Assembly (NCBI GenBank): GCA_963777505.1
Contig: CAVZQN010000004.1
Location: forward strand, 864,001-928,000
DNA from: an uncultured bacterium
GTDB lineage: Bacteria; Acidobacteriota; HRBIN11; JAKEFK01
Reading direction: 5' to 3'
Length of the DNA: 64,000 bases
Below the pieces are notes generated by a model. That model was given only the letters and a program-made list of their open reading frames with translations. It did no database searches and had not been told where the DNA came from. This document shows positions 1 to 8,554 of the stretch, in pieces. A program made the translations under genes and the position numbers. Positions within the stretch are counted from its first letter, which is position 1, and each line of letters starts with the position of its first letter.

Positions 1-127
1 AACCGTGTATGGTTTCTCCTGAGCGTATGCTGGAAAATATGGTGCAAGAGTTATTAAAATCAAAACACAAAAACGCACAAGTATTTTTTGATGCACTCTC
101 ATTTCTCCTTCGTATGTCGGGAAATAC

Positions 128-361
128 TTAGCTCAACCGCCAAGACGCTAGTTGATCTATTTCTTTGAGCGTTTCGATTTCTTTTTGGAACGAGATTTTA
201 ACTTCCGTTTTTTCTTGGTTTTTGGTTTTAGGTTTGACACGTTCCGGAAGTTCCTTATATCCTGTTTCGCGATTCCACTCTTCGTAAGTCTCTGGAGAAA
301 TTTCTCCTTTCACCAGAAGTTCGGCAAATTTTCTGCGTTGAGCTTTACTTTTGAATGGCAT
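128..361 (-). CDS. small hypothetical protein; true C-terminus is probably a Lys-rich tail (frameshift near 220, corrected stop at 157-159)
   Basis: N-terminus MPFKSKAQRRKFAELLVKGEISPETYEEWNRETG; the shifted frame reads TKKKRKLKSRSKKKSKRSKK*; starts 3 bp after the upstream gene's stop. Confidence 0.6.
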   Translation of the reverse strand: MPFKSKAQRRKFAELLVKGEISPETYEEWNRETGYKELPERVKPKTKNQEKTEVKISFQKEIETLKEIDQLASWRLS

Positions 362-364
362 AAC

Positions 365-742
365 TTATCCCGGTAATAACTCAGTTGTAGTATTCCTCGA
401 CTTCTTGCGGCCAAGATCAACAGCATACTTCAACCAACCTGGTGTGTGATATTTTTCCAGATATGCCTGATCGATTTTATCGTTCAATGCTTCACTTTTT
501 GTTTGACGCGCACGTACGGCGATTTCTTTATCATCGACCAGAATTGCCCCTTGTGGGTCTTCAAGAAATGTACGATACCAACTTCGTCGTTTAATACTCC
601 ATGATCGTACGAAGACGCGGTCAGCAACAACCACAGCCCAGATCCGGATGAATTTGTGATCGCCAGTACCTGCTCGGATTTTGATCGCAATATTTTTCCG
701 TATGGATGCTAATACCGTGCGATTGAATTGGCGCTTTTTCAT
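365..742 (-). CDS. DUF2255-like protein
   Basis: IWAVVVADRVFVRSW...WYR and IDQAYLEKY motifs resemble DUF2255; 125 aa. Confidence 0.6.
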   Translation of the reverse strand: MKKRQFNRTVLASIRKNIAIKIRAGTGDHKFIRIWAVVVADRVFVRSWSIKRRSWYRTFLEDPQGAILVDDKEIAVRARQTKSEALNDKIDQAYLEKYHTPGWLKYAVDLGRKKSRNTTTELLPG

Positions 743-780
743 GAAGACGATTTACACAGCAAGAATGACTCATTCGTTGG

Positions 781-1926
781 TTATTGTTGTCCCAGCCAGG
801 CTTGATTTCCTGACGCATCCTCTATTTCATTCAATATCCGTTGAATAGCCGCATCAGATATCTGGTGTTTCCTATGGGTTGCATCTATGAATATATCAAA
901 TTTTCCCGAACCAAATTTATTGATCCGCTCTTTAACGATGTCTTTATATCGATCCGATTTTGTGCCTGAAAAACAACATGGATCATATTGATTAAATATT
1001 TGTAAATGCTTTCTGCGGTCTCCGTAGGAGTCAAGGATATAAAGATCAAGGTAGTTCACCGTTTGATAAACTTTTGGCTCATTCTGCTCATAATCACCCC
1101 ATTCTCCAGACTCAGGTAGACGAAGATGAATAGGATAGGATCCTGCAACGCTAAAACTGTTTTGGATCCTTTCATCGAGAGCGGATACAAACGTAGTCGT
1201 CCATCCACCTCCTGATATTCCAACCATGGACACAGATGAGTAGTTATAGTTTTTGGATAGATAATTTAGAACAATCAAAACCGGCTCAATGAAGAATTTG
1301 ATTGGATGTCCGTGTTGGGGTTTTAAGAACTTGATGTGATCGTGACGTTCCAATCTAAAGTTCCCGATTGTGGGTAGTACAATAGTCGGCTGATTGTTAC
1401 GTCCCATCAAAGGCATTGAAAAAGCTACAACTGAGTATCCTGCATCAAGGAATTTTCCAATTTGCTTTTTACCCATAAGAAAATCGCCATTATGTCCTTC
1501 ATGGTAAAGAATGACTCTATTGTTTGGAGATTTTGGGATGAAATGATAGCAGTAAGATTCCAGACCGAATTCCATTCTGGCAGTTACTTTGTCGATGCTA
1601 CTTTTTGCGGAGAGATCATCAAAACGGTCATCCACAAAATTTTTCTTAACATCCGAAGGAAGGGTTGATGGAAGTCCAGATTCTCCCCACAAGAGAGTTA
1701 TCAATTCTGTTCTTAGCCGTCCAATATCTTGCTGTTCTTTGATAGAGATGAGGCTGGCGGTATCGTTCTCCAAAAATTCTTCGGGCGGAGGCGGTGAGAT
1801 TTTATTATAGAGTTCTGATAAGAATTCGTAAGGTGGCAGCTTATCTTTATGGATTAGCACCCCCAACATTATTGCCATAAAAAAAAGTATTGTTAAGCAG
1901 GCGAATTTTAGTATTCTCATCCGCAT
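781..1926 (-). CDS. exported or membrane-anchored alpha/beta hydrolase
   Basis: N-terminal hydrophobic helix, GISGGG nucleophile elbow, HEGH, DPCCF, C-terminal His. Confidence 0.7.
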   Translation of the reverse strand: MRMRILKFACLTILFFMAIMLGVLIHKDKLPPYEFLSELYNKISPPPPEEFLENDTASLISIKEQQDIGRLRTELITLLWGESGLPSTLPSDVKKNFVDDRFDDLSAKSSIDKVTARMEFGLESYCYHFIPKSPNNRVILYHEGHNGDFLMGKKQIGKFLDAGYSVVAFSMPLMGRNNQPTIVLPTIGNFRLERHDHIKFLKPQHGHPIKFFIEPVLIVLNYLSKNYNYSSVSMVGISGGGWTTTFVSALDERIQNSFSVAGSYPIHLRLPESGEWGDYEQNEPKVYQTVNYLDLYILDSYGDRRKHLQIFNQYDPCCFSGTKSDRYKDIVKERINKFGSGKFDIFIDATHRKHQISDAAIQRILNEIEDASGNQAWLGQQ

Positions 1927-2016
1927 TTTTTGGGTGCTTTATGAGCGGAACATGAATCGATCCTGGAATAAGGATATAGAAAAACGTCTTTCTTGGAATA
2001 TAGAATCAGAAGATTG

Positions 2017-2304
2017 TTATTCAAGTCGAGCGATTCTGCCATCAAATTTTGTTTTTATCCGGGGAGCATTGGGCGCTTGCTCATCCAGTGACTGGCGATA
2101 CTTTATACAACCTTCAAAAAATTGCGGCCATTCGGGCACTTCCGGAATAGGATCACTCTTCTCGGGCAATAAGCCCCAGAGTTCTGGATGATGCCAGCAG
2201 AGCTCATGCCGGCTGGTGTCCCGATGTTTACGGATTCCAGCTCGAAGTCTCTTCATTTCGTCAATGAGTTGTTCTCGCGACATTGTATCAAGATCGTCAT
2301 CCAT
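2017..2304 (-). CDS. hypothetical protein
   Basis: 95 aa ORF with AGGAGG RBS; HELCWHHPELWGLLPE...WPQFFEGC. Confidence 0.7.
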   Translation of the reverse strand: MDDDLDTMSREQLIDEMKRLRAGIRKHRDTSRHELCWHHPELWGLLPEKSDPIPEVPEWPQFFEGCIKYRQSLDEQAPNAPRIKTKFDGRIARLE

Positions 2305-2403
2305 GATGTTCCTCCTGAAGCCAGTGAATTCACGTTATATAATGAACTCGGCTCCTAGTTAAGCGTCTATTGATAATCTGATCCCATTATTTCTTTCCTG
2401 CAA

Positions 2404-5029
2404 GTGAGTACCATGACTCCAGAACGTTGGAAACAAATTGAACAAATCTTTTCCACTGCGGCAGAATTGCCTCAACACGAAAGAGAAAATTTCCTGAAAA
2501 CGACTTGCGCGAATGATTCCGAGTTGCGTTTTGAGGTTGAATCGCTCCTTGCGCAAGATACCGAAACTGGAACGATGATGCAGACCTTGATTTCAAAGGC
2601 TGCAGGGTCTCTTCGCAGTTCAGATCTTACAGGAAAAAGGATCGGTCCCTATCGAATCATATCTCTTACCGGTGAAGGTGGGATGGCGCAAGTTTATAAA
2701 GCTGTCAGGGATGACGATCAATATCAAAAGGTTGTCGCTATAAAAATTTTGCGACAAGACTCGGCGCCATTATTTCTTATTAGCCGATTCTGGTACGAAC
2801 GTCAAATTCTTGCGAACCTCGAACATCCTTGCATCGCTCGTTTCCTTGAAGGGGGGACAACAGAGGAAGGCATTCCGTACTTTGCTATGGAATTCATCGA
2901 AGGACAGCCAATTACAGAATATTGTGATTCGCATAACCTTACAATTCGAAAACGTCTTGAATTTGTTCAGATCCGTTTGCGAAGCAGTTCAGTACGCACA
3001 TAAAAATCTTGTCATACATCGAGATCTCAAACCAAGAAACATTTTAGTAACCGATGAAGGGGTTCCTCGATTATTAGATTTTGGCATTGCTAAATTATTG
3101 AACCCTGAAATTGGATCCGAAGTTCCGAGCGCAACAATCAGTTCAGTACGCATGATGACTCCCGATTACGCCAGCCCTGAACAAGTACGCGGGGAGAAAG
3201 TTACAACTGCTACTGATACTTATTCACTAGGTCTTGTACTTTATGAAATGCTTTCAGGAAAGAGACCTCAGGAAGTTCATACGAATTCATTTGCTGAAAT
3301 TGAACACGTTGTTTGCGAGCAGGAACCGGAACTTCCCAGCGCTGCAATACTTCACCAAAAGTCCAAAATAAATACCAAGAAATTAAGCCGTGAAATTTCA
3401 GGAGAGCTGGATAACATCGTTTCAATGGCGATGCAGAAAAATCCACTTCAACGCTATGCCACTGTGGAGCAATTTGCGGAAGATATTTCAAATTATTTAG
3501 AAGGTCGCACGATTCGAGCAAAAACACCCACACTGAGTTATCGCGTCATAAAGTTCGCGAGACGGCACCGAACTGCAGTAGCTGTGACAGCATTTGTAAT
3601 TCTTACACTTGCAGCAATTGCTGTATTAATGACAATGCAAGCGTCACGGATAGCAAAAGAGAGAGATCGCGCAAGTGAAGTCACGAAATTTCTTGTTGAG
3701 CTTTTTCAAGTTTCCGATCCAGGTGAATCGAAAGGGAATTCTGTCACTGCGCGCGAACTTTTAGACAAGAGTGCTAAGAAAATTGAAAGCGACCTTAAGG
3801 AACAGCCCGAGGTTCAGGCTGCATTGATGGAAACAATGGGTAAGGTGTATGGCAACCTTGGACTCTATAACACCGCGATCCCAATGCTGGAAAAAGCACT
3901 TGAGATTCGCAAACAAACTCTTGGTTCTAAAAGCCCGGAAATTGCAGCAACCATGAATAGTCTTGCTGGAGCTCTTCAGAATGCAGGAAAACATGATAGA
4001 GCATTAAAAATCGGAGGAGAGGCGCTCGCATTGCGTCGAAAACTCTTTGGAAATCAACACCCAAGTGTCGCTGAAAGTTTGAGTGTCACTGGCGGCTCCC
4101 TGTTTGAAAAAGGACAGCTCAAAGAAGCGGGCGCTGTGTTTCGAGAGGCATTGGCAATCCGGGAAAAAGCGTTCGGCCCTGAACACTTACTTGTGGCAAC
4201 GAGCTTATCTCAACTTGGTTTGATTCTTTCGGTAGAAGAGAAGAAAGATGAAGCAGAGCCTTTGTATCGGAGAGCACTCACGATCCGCCGAAAACTTCGT
4301 GGTGCCGATCATCACGAAATTGCAACAAGCCTGAATAACCTTGGGAGAATCCTGCTGGATAAAGGTGATTACATTGGTGCTGAAGAAATGTTTCGGGAAG
4401 CTGTGCAGCTGGATAGAAAAATATTAGGAAATGATCATCCGGATCTTGCTGTAACGCTTTCTAGTCTCGCATGGACATTGAAGGAACAAGAAGAATATTC
4501 AGAATCGGAAGAGCTTTTTCGTGAAGCACTCGCTTTGCGAAAACGGGCTCTTGATTCCCAACATCCAGCGATCGCCAGAAGCTTATACAACTTAGGTTGT
4601 ATTCTTACTGACAAAAAGGATTTCGATCAAGCTGAAACCGTATTGAAAGAAGCTCAGGAGCATTGGAAAAAAACGCTTCCTGAAATTCACGCGAACCATG
4701 CAACTTTGTTAGCCGCGATCGGAAAAGTCCAAATGGGAAAACAAAAACTGAATGAAGCTGAAACCTCATTCAAGCAAGCAATCGAAATGCGGATTCGCAC
4801 ATTGAGCGCCGATCATCCGAGTATCGCAATCGCGAAAGGGACTCTTGGAGAGTGCATGGGCTTGCAGGGCCGTTATAAAGAAGCCGAAGTCTTGCTCCTT
4901 GAATCCTACAATGCTTTGCTTGCCAAGTATCCAAAAAGTCATCCGGAGGCAAAGGAAGCACAATTACGCCTCATTTCGTTTTATACATCCTGGGGAAAAC
5001 CAACCGAAGCCGCCCGATACAAACAGTAA
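2404..5029 (+). CDS. Hanks-type Ser/Thr kinase - TM - TPR protein (one frameshift near 2962; joins ORFs 2404..3003 and 2810..5029)
   Basis: MTPERWKQIEQIF N-terminus, GEGGMAQVY, VAIK, HRDLKPRN, DFGIAK, TPDYASPE, TM helix, many HPxxAxSLxxL TPR repeats. Confidence 0.9.
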
Positions 5030-5057
5030 TCTCTGCGCCTCTGTGGTTGAGTTTAAA

Positions 5058-6944
5058 CTATCCAAGTTCGATCGGGCGTTTATGGAACACGATGCGCCAA
5101 TCCAGAATTTCATCGATCATTTTTTCCGAAATGTCATCCACGATCTGCGCAAGCGATGCAGAATCAACCGTTGATTTATTTCGAAACGTCTCCAGGTCAA
5201 CGTATTTTTCGTCAAGATATTCAGCCATCGCAACATTGTGACGTCCCACCCTTTGAAATTCTCCCTGACTGAGAATTCCTGCAAAGGCAGCACCAAAAGC
5301 AGGACAGACAATGGATAGAAGAGAAAAGGCAGTGCCTAGTTGAGGGAAATCATTCAAATAAGGCCGTATAGAAGTATTGGAGTATACAAATGGAAGGTCT
5401 TTCAATACATGCAATCCACATCCTATTGCAGCCAGGATGAACATTCCGAATGCTAAAAGATGAAGGCGATGATGGATATTTCCATTCCATGTTGCTTTTC
5501 GAAAATGATAGGCTGCTTGATGTTTTGTTTCCTGTTGAATCAAGCCTGCAACTGCCTTGAGATAATCCTGAGTGAGTTTGGTGTTTGGTAAACCAATATG
5601 TTTCGCCACACCGGAAAAATGCCAGTGAACCCAGCTTGAAGAGGGATCTTCATAGTGAGTGTGGATTGGCTCAGGTGCAGCCAATGGAGGAATCCGCCCG
5701 ATTGCTGCGAGAAAACGTGTTTGACGGAGCAACTCGGCGAGCAAACGGTAATCGATCCGTCTGTCATACCATTTGCGTGAACGATCAAAAAGATAAACAA
5801 CGATGATCGAAGCAATTGCAAATAATTCCGCAAATCCAAGCGCATGTTTATGCAGCACAAACGCAAGAAAAGCAAACAGCACAGCCAAAGCGCTCATCAA
5901 GTAGTTCCAAATAAATCCACTGTGATAGAGATTTGTATAATAACCAGCAAGAGCATCTGCAAATTCATAGTGCGGTCTGACTTTTTGTTGTATGTTTTCA
6001 ATAACCTTCGTAAGCTCTTCTCTGGCCGCAGGCGAAATGTTTTCTATGGATTGAATGGATGCGGTCCAATCTTTGGGTTGATCCTTAATTTTCTTCAGGC
6101 TCCTGTCGTAGCCGAAAACCTTATTAAATAATTTCCATAAGACTGCAAAATTCCAACTCGGAATTTTCTCAGAAAAATACATGCTCCGAAGATCAACGAC
6201 TTTTGTTGCATGATGTGCAATCTCATGTGGATCTTCTTCTTTGGGTGGAAGTATTCTTAACGCAACGGCGGCATGAAAATCCGTTTCATCCACATCTTTA
6301 AATATCTTTTCTTTTTCTATCGGATCATTCTTATCTTTCTGTCGTTCATTTTTCGATTTCGGACGGCGATAAACGACGTCATGCGGCTTATCGGGGTTGA
6401 CTTGTACGATAGGAATCGAAAACTTTTCTGCTTCTTTTACGATGTGCCCTGTACCGCCGGCACCACGCGGCTCCTGTCCATTCCAGATTGCAACTAAAAC
6501 GTCGGAATGTCTGAGTACCATTAAACCCGCAGCTTCATATGCTTGTTCTTCTTTTTCAGTAGAACCATCCATTTCAAAAATCACTGGCTCTTCGTCGCCA
6601 GGTTTATTTACGTTTTCACCGTAAATTTTTTCAGCATCCGTTGGGCTTCCAGGTTTAAAAAAAGGGAGAGGGCAGTAAAGCTTATATCCGGACTTTTGTG
6701 CTATCGAGGCTACAATTTGATCTGCTCCGTCAGCAAGTGGGGAAAGGATCTGTAAGCCATGCTCAAGACCATCTTGTTGTTTTGGAAGTGATTGAATAAC
6801 GCCTTTTAGTTTTGTGAAAATTTCATTCAGCTTTTGGTCGATCTGATCACGATCCATCTTTTGCAAGTCTTTCATTCGATGGCCGGTAACTCCGACTCGT
6901 AAGATGAATCCGTGAGACTCAGGTGATGTTCCCTTTGCTGGCAT
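5058..6944 (-). CDS. SLOG (YspA-like) nucleotide-binding domain fused to two SLATT-like 2TM effector modules
   Basis: SLOG motifs RVGVTGHR, SPLADGADQIVA, DVLVAIWNG, GGTGHIVKEA; TM pair followed by WYDRRIDYRLLAELLR (SLATT/DUF4231-like); second TM pair near the C-terminus. Confidence 0.75.
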   Translation of the reverse strand: MPAKGTSPESHGFILRVGVTGHRMKDLQKMDRDQIDQKLNEIFTKLKGVIQSLPKQQDGLEHGLQILSPLADGADQIVASIAQKSGYKLYCPLPFFKPGSPTDAEKIYGENVNKPGDEEPVIFEMDGSTEKEEQAYEAAGLMVLRHSDVLVAIWNGQEPRGAGGTGHIVKEAEKFSIPIVQVNPDKPHDVVYRRPKSKNERQKDKNDPIEKEKIFKDVDETDFHAAVALRILPPKEEDPHEIAHHATKVVDLRSMYFSEKIPSWNFAVLWKLFNKVFGYDRSLKKIKDQPKDWTASIQSIENISPAAREELTKVIENIQQKVRPHYEFADALAGYYTNLYHSGFIWNYLMSALAVLFAFLAFVLHKHALGFAELFAIASIIVVYLFDRSRKWYDRRIDYRLLAELLRQTRFLAAIGRIPPLAAPEPIHTHYEDPSSSWVHWHFSGVAKHIGLPNTKLTQDYLKAVAGLIQQETKHQAAYHFRKATWNGNIHHRLHLLAFGMFILAAIGCGLHVLKDLPFVYSNTSIRPYLNDFPQLGTAFSLLSIVCPAFGAAFAGILSQGEFQRVGRHNVAMAEYLDEKYVDLETFRNKSTVDSASLAQIVDDISEKMIDEILDWRIVFHKRPIELG

Positions 6945-6966
6945 TTAATTTTCCATGGCTCGAATT

Positions 6967-8427
6967 TTATTTTTTTAGATCATCAGCAAAGATTGCGACG
7001 CGAAAGCCTGTGTCACTGAATCTGCGTGTAAATTCTTTCCGGGTTCGTGAAGAACTACGACAAAATGCTGCGGCACTTGAATAGGAACCGCCGCGAACAA
7101 CACGATATTGCGGATCGCCATGTGTTTCCCATACCGAAGCTCCTGATGGTGATCCTTTGTAGTTTGGATGCCATGGATCCATGCACCATTCTTGCACATT
7201 TCCATGCATATCAAGAAGGCCGAAACCATTAGCTGCATCCGTGCTTCCTGAATCAAATGTTTGTTGTCTTCGTACTCCCGAAAGAGTACGACCCCACGGA
7301 GAAGTGGCATCAAAATTCGCAATGGTGGGAGAAATTGTTTCGCCGAAATGGAATGGTGTGAGGGTTCCTGCGCGGCAAGCAAATTCCCATTCTCCTTCAC
7401 TTGGCAATCGATAAGGCCTGCCAGTACGAGCTGAAAGGCGATCGCAAAATTCGATCGCTTCTTCCCATGTTATTTGTTCAACAGGACGATCTTTTCCACG
7501 GAAAAATGAAGGCTCAGAATTGAGTTCGATCTTCACTTGCGGCCAATCAGCAACCTCAGCCCATTGGGCTTGTGTAATCTCGAGACGCGAAAGAAAAAAC
7601 GAAACAACTTGAACCTGTCCTTGCGGAGTTTCGGCTTGTGCAACTTCTTTAGCTTGCAGAAGCGGTAAACCAACACGCTGTAACTCTTTTACAACCTGAC
7701 TAAACTCTGTTTCCGAAGAACCCATCCAGAAATTCCCACTTGGAAGTTCAATCATTTCCAATGATTCATTGCTTCCTAAGTCTTCCCGAAATAATCTTCC
7801 TTCGCGCTGCATTCCTCCTTTCATTACACCGGAACTATCAATCGTCGCTACTGTGAATTGAAATGTTTCAAAGCGGGCAGACGGAACGATCGCACGATAG
7901 ATTAGAAAGGCAACAACGAATGTGAAAATTGTTAACAAAAGTGCGGCAGGCAAAATCCATTTTGTAGCGGATCGAATTTGCGCAATTGTTTGATTTCCAG
8001 GAATGACCCGCTGAGGCTCTATTCTTTGGCCGGTAAGAAGTGAGTGCACATTTTCAGCAAGACGCAAAAGATGTCTGTGCAACGGTGGAGTCAGCGCGTC
8101 CAACCAGTGCGGAACACTGATGAAATACTCCAGAGATTTTGACATTGGCACATCTTCGATGCGAAAGGGGATGATTGCGAGGCCTTTGTGAACGGCTCGC
8201 TCAACTTCACGCTTCACTTCGTACGAAGAATTCGCATGATTCGAAAAAACAAGAATGAAGATTCGTGCTTGATTGATTGCTTCAATGATCGCTTCACCAC
8301 GATCGATTCCAGGCAAAATGTCACGCGGTGCAATCCAACAGCGGATACCATTTGCTTCCAGCGTTGCACAGGCTGCATCACCGACTGGCTTGTCAGGCGC
8401 GGCGTATGAAATGAAAACGTCATGCAT
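6967..8427 (-). CDS. TIR domain - TM helix - FGE/SUMF1-like (C-type lectin fold) domain protein
   Basis: DVFISY...CWIAPRDI...VKREVERA TIR; TM WILPAALLLTIFTFVVAFLIY; FWMGS, RLPSEGEWEFACRAG, NGFGLLDMHGNVQEW, RGGSY, GFRV. Confidence 0.9.
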   Translation of the reverse strand: MHDVFISYAAPDKPVGDAACATLEANGIRCWIAPRDILPGIDRGEAIIEAINQARIFILVFSNHANSSYEVKREVERAVHKGLAIIPFRIEDVPMSKSLEYFISVPHWLDALTPPLHRHLLRLAENVHSLLTGQRIEPQRVIPGNQTIAQIRSATKWILPAALLLTIFTFVVAFLIYRAIVPSARFETFQFTVATIDSSGVMKGGMQREGRLFREDLGSNESLEMIELPSGNFWMGSSETEFSQVVKELQRVGLPLLQAKEVAQAETPQGQVQVVSFFLSRLEITQAQWAEVADWPQVKIELNSEPSFFRGKDRPVEQITWEEAIEFCDRLSARTGRPYRLPSEGEWEFACRAGTLTPFHFGETISPTIANFDATSPWGRTLSGVRRQQTFDSGSTDAANGFGLLDMHGNVQEWCMDPWHPNYKGSPSGASVWETHGDPQYRVVRGGSYSSAAAFCRSSSRTRKEFTRRFSDTGFRVAIFADDLKK

Positions 8428-8439
8428 AATTAGATTGAA

Positions 8440-8547
8440 CGGAGCGCAGGCTTCCAGCCTGCATTACGGGCCGCGGACTTCCAGTCCGCCAATTCCGCAG
8501 GCAAGATGCCTGCGGCCCATAATGCGGGCAAAGATGCCCGCGCTCCG
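8440..8547. repeat. composite nested palindromic REP-like element (copy 1)
   Basis: CGGAGCGCAGGCTTCCAGCCTGC...GCGGGCAAAGATGCCCGCGCTCCG; first 50 nt identical to 33635-33684. Confidence 0.85.
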
Positions 8548-8554
8548 TATAAGC

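Noticed and set aside
6967-7100. C-terminus of the FGE/CLec-fold domain as a diversity-generating retroelement variable region
   Set aside because: No reverse transcriptase and no template repeat differing at adenines was seen in this window; a remote DGR cannot be excluded
6967-8427. FGE domain as the maturase for the sulfatase at 33749-35491
   Set aside because: The FGE-like domain lacks the catalytic Cys pair, and the sulfatase lacks the C/SxPxR target motif
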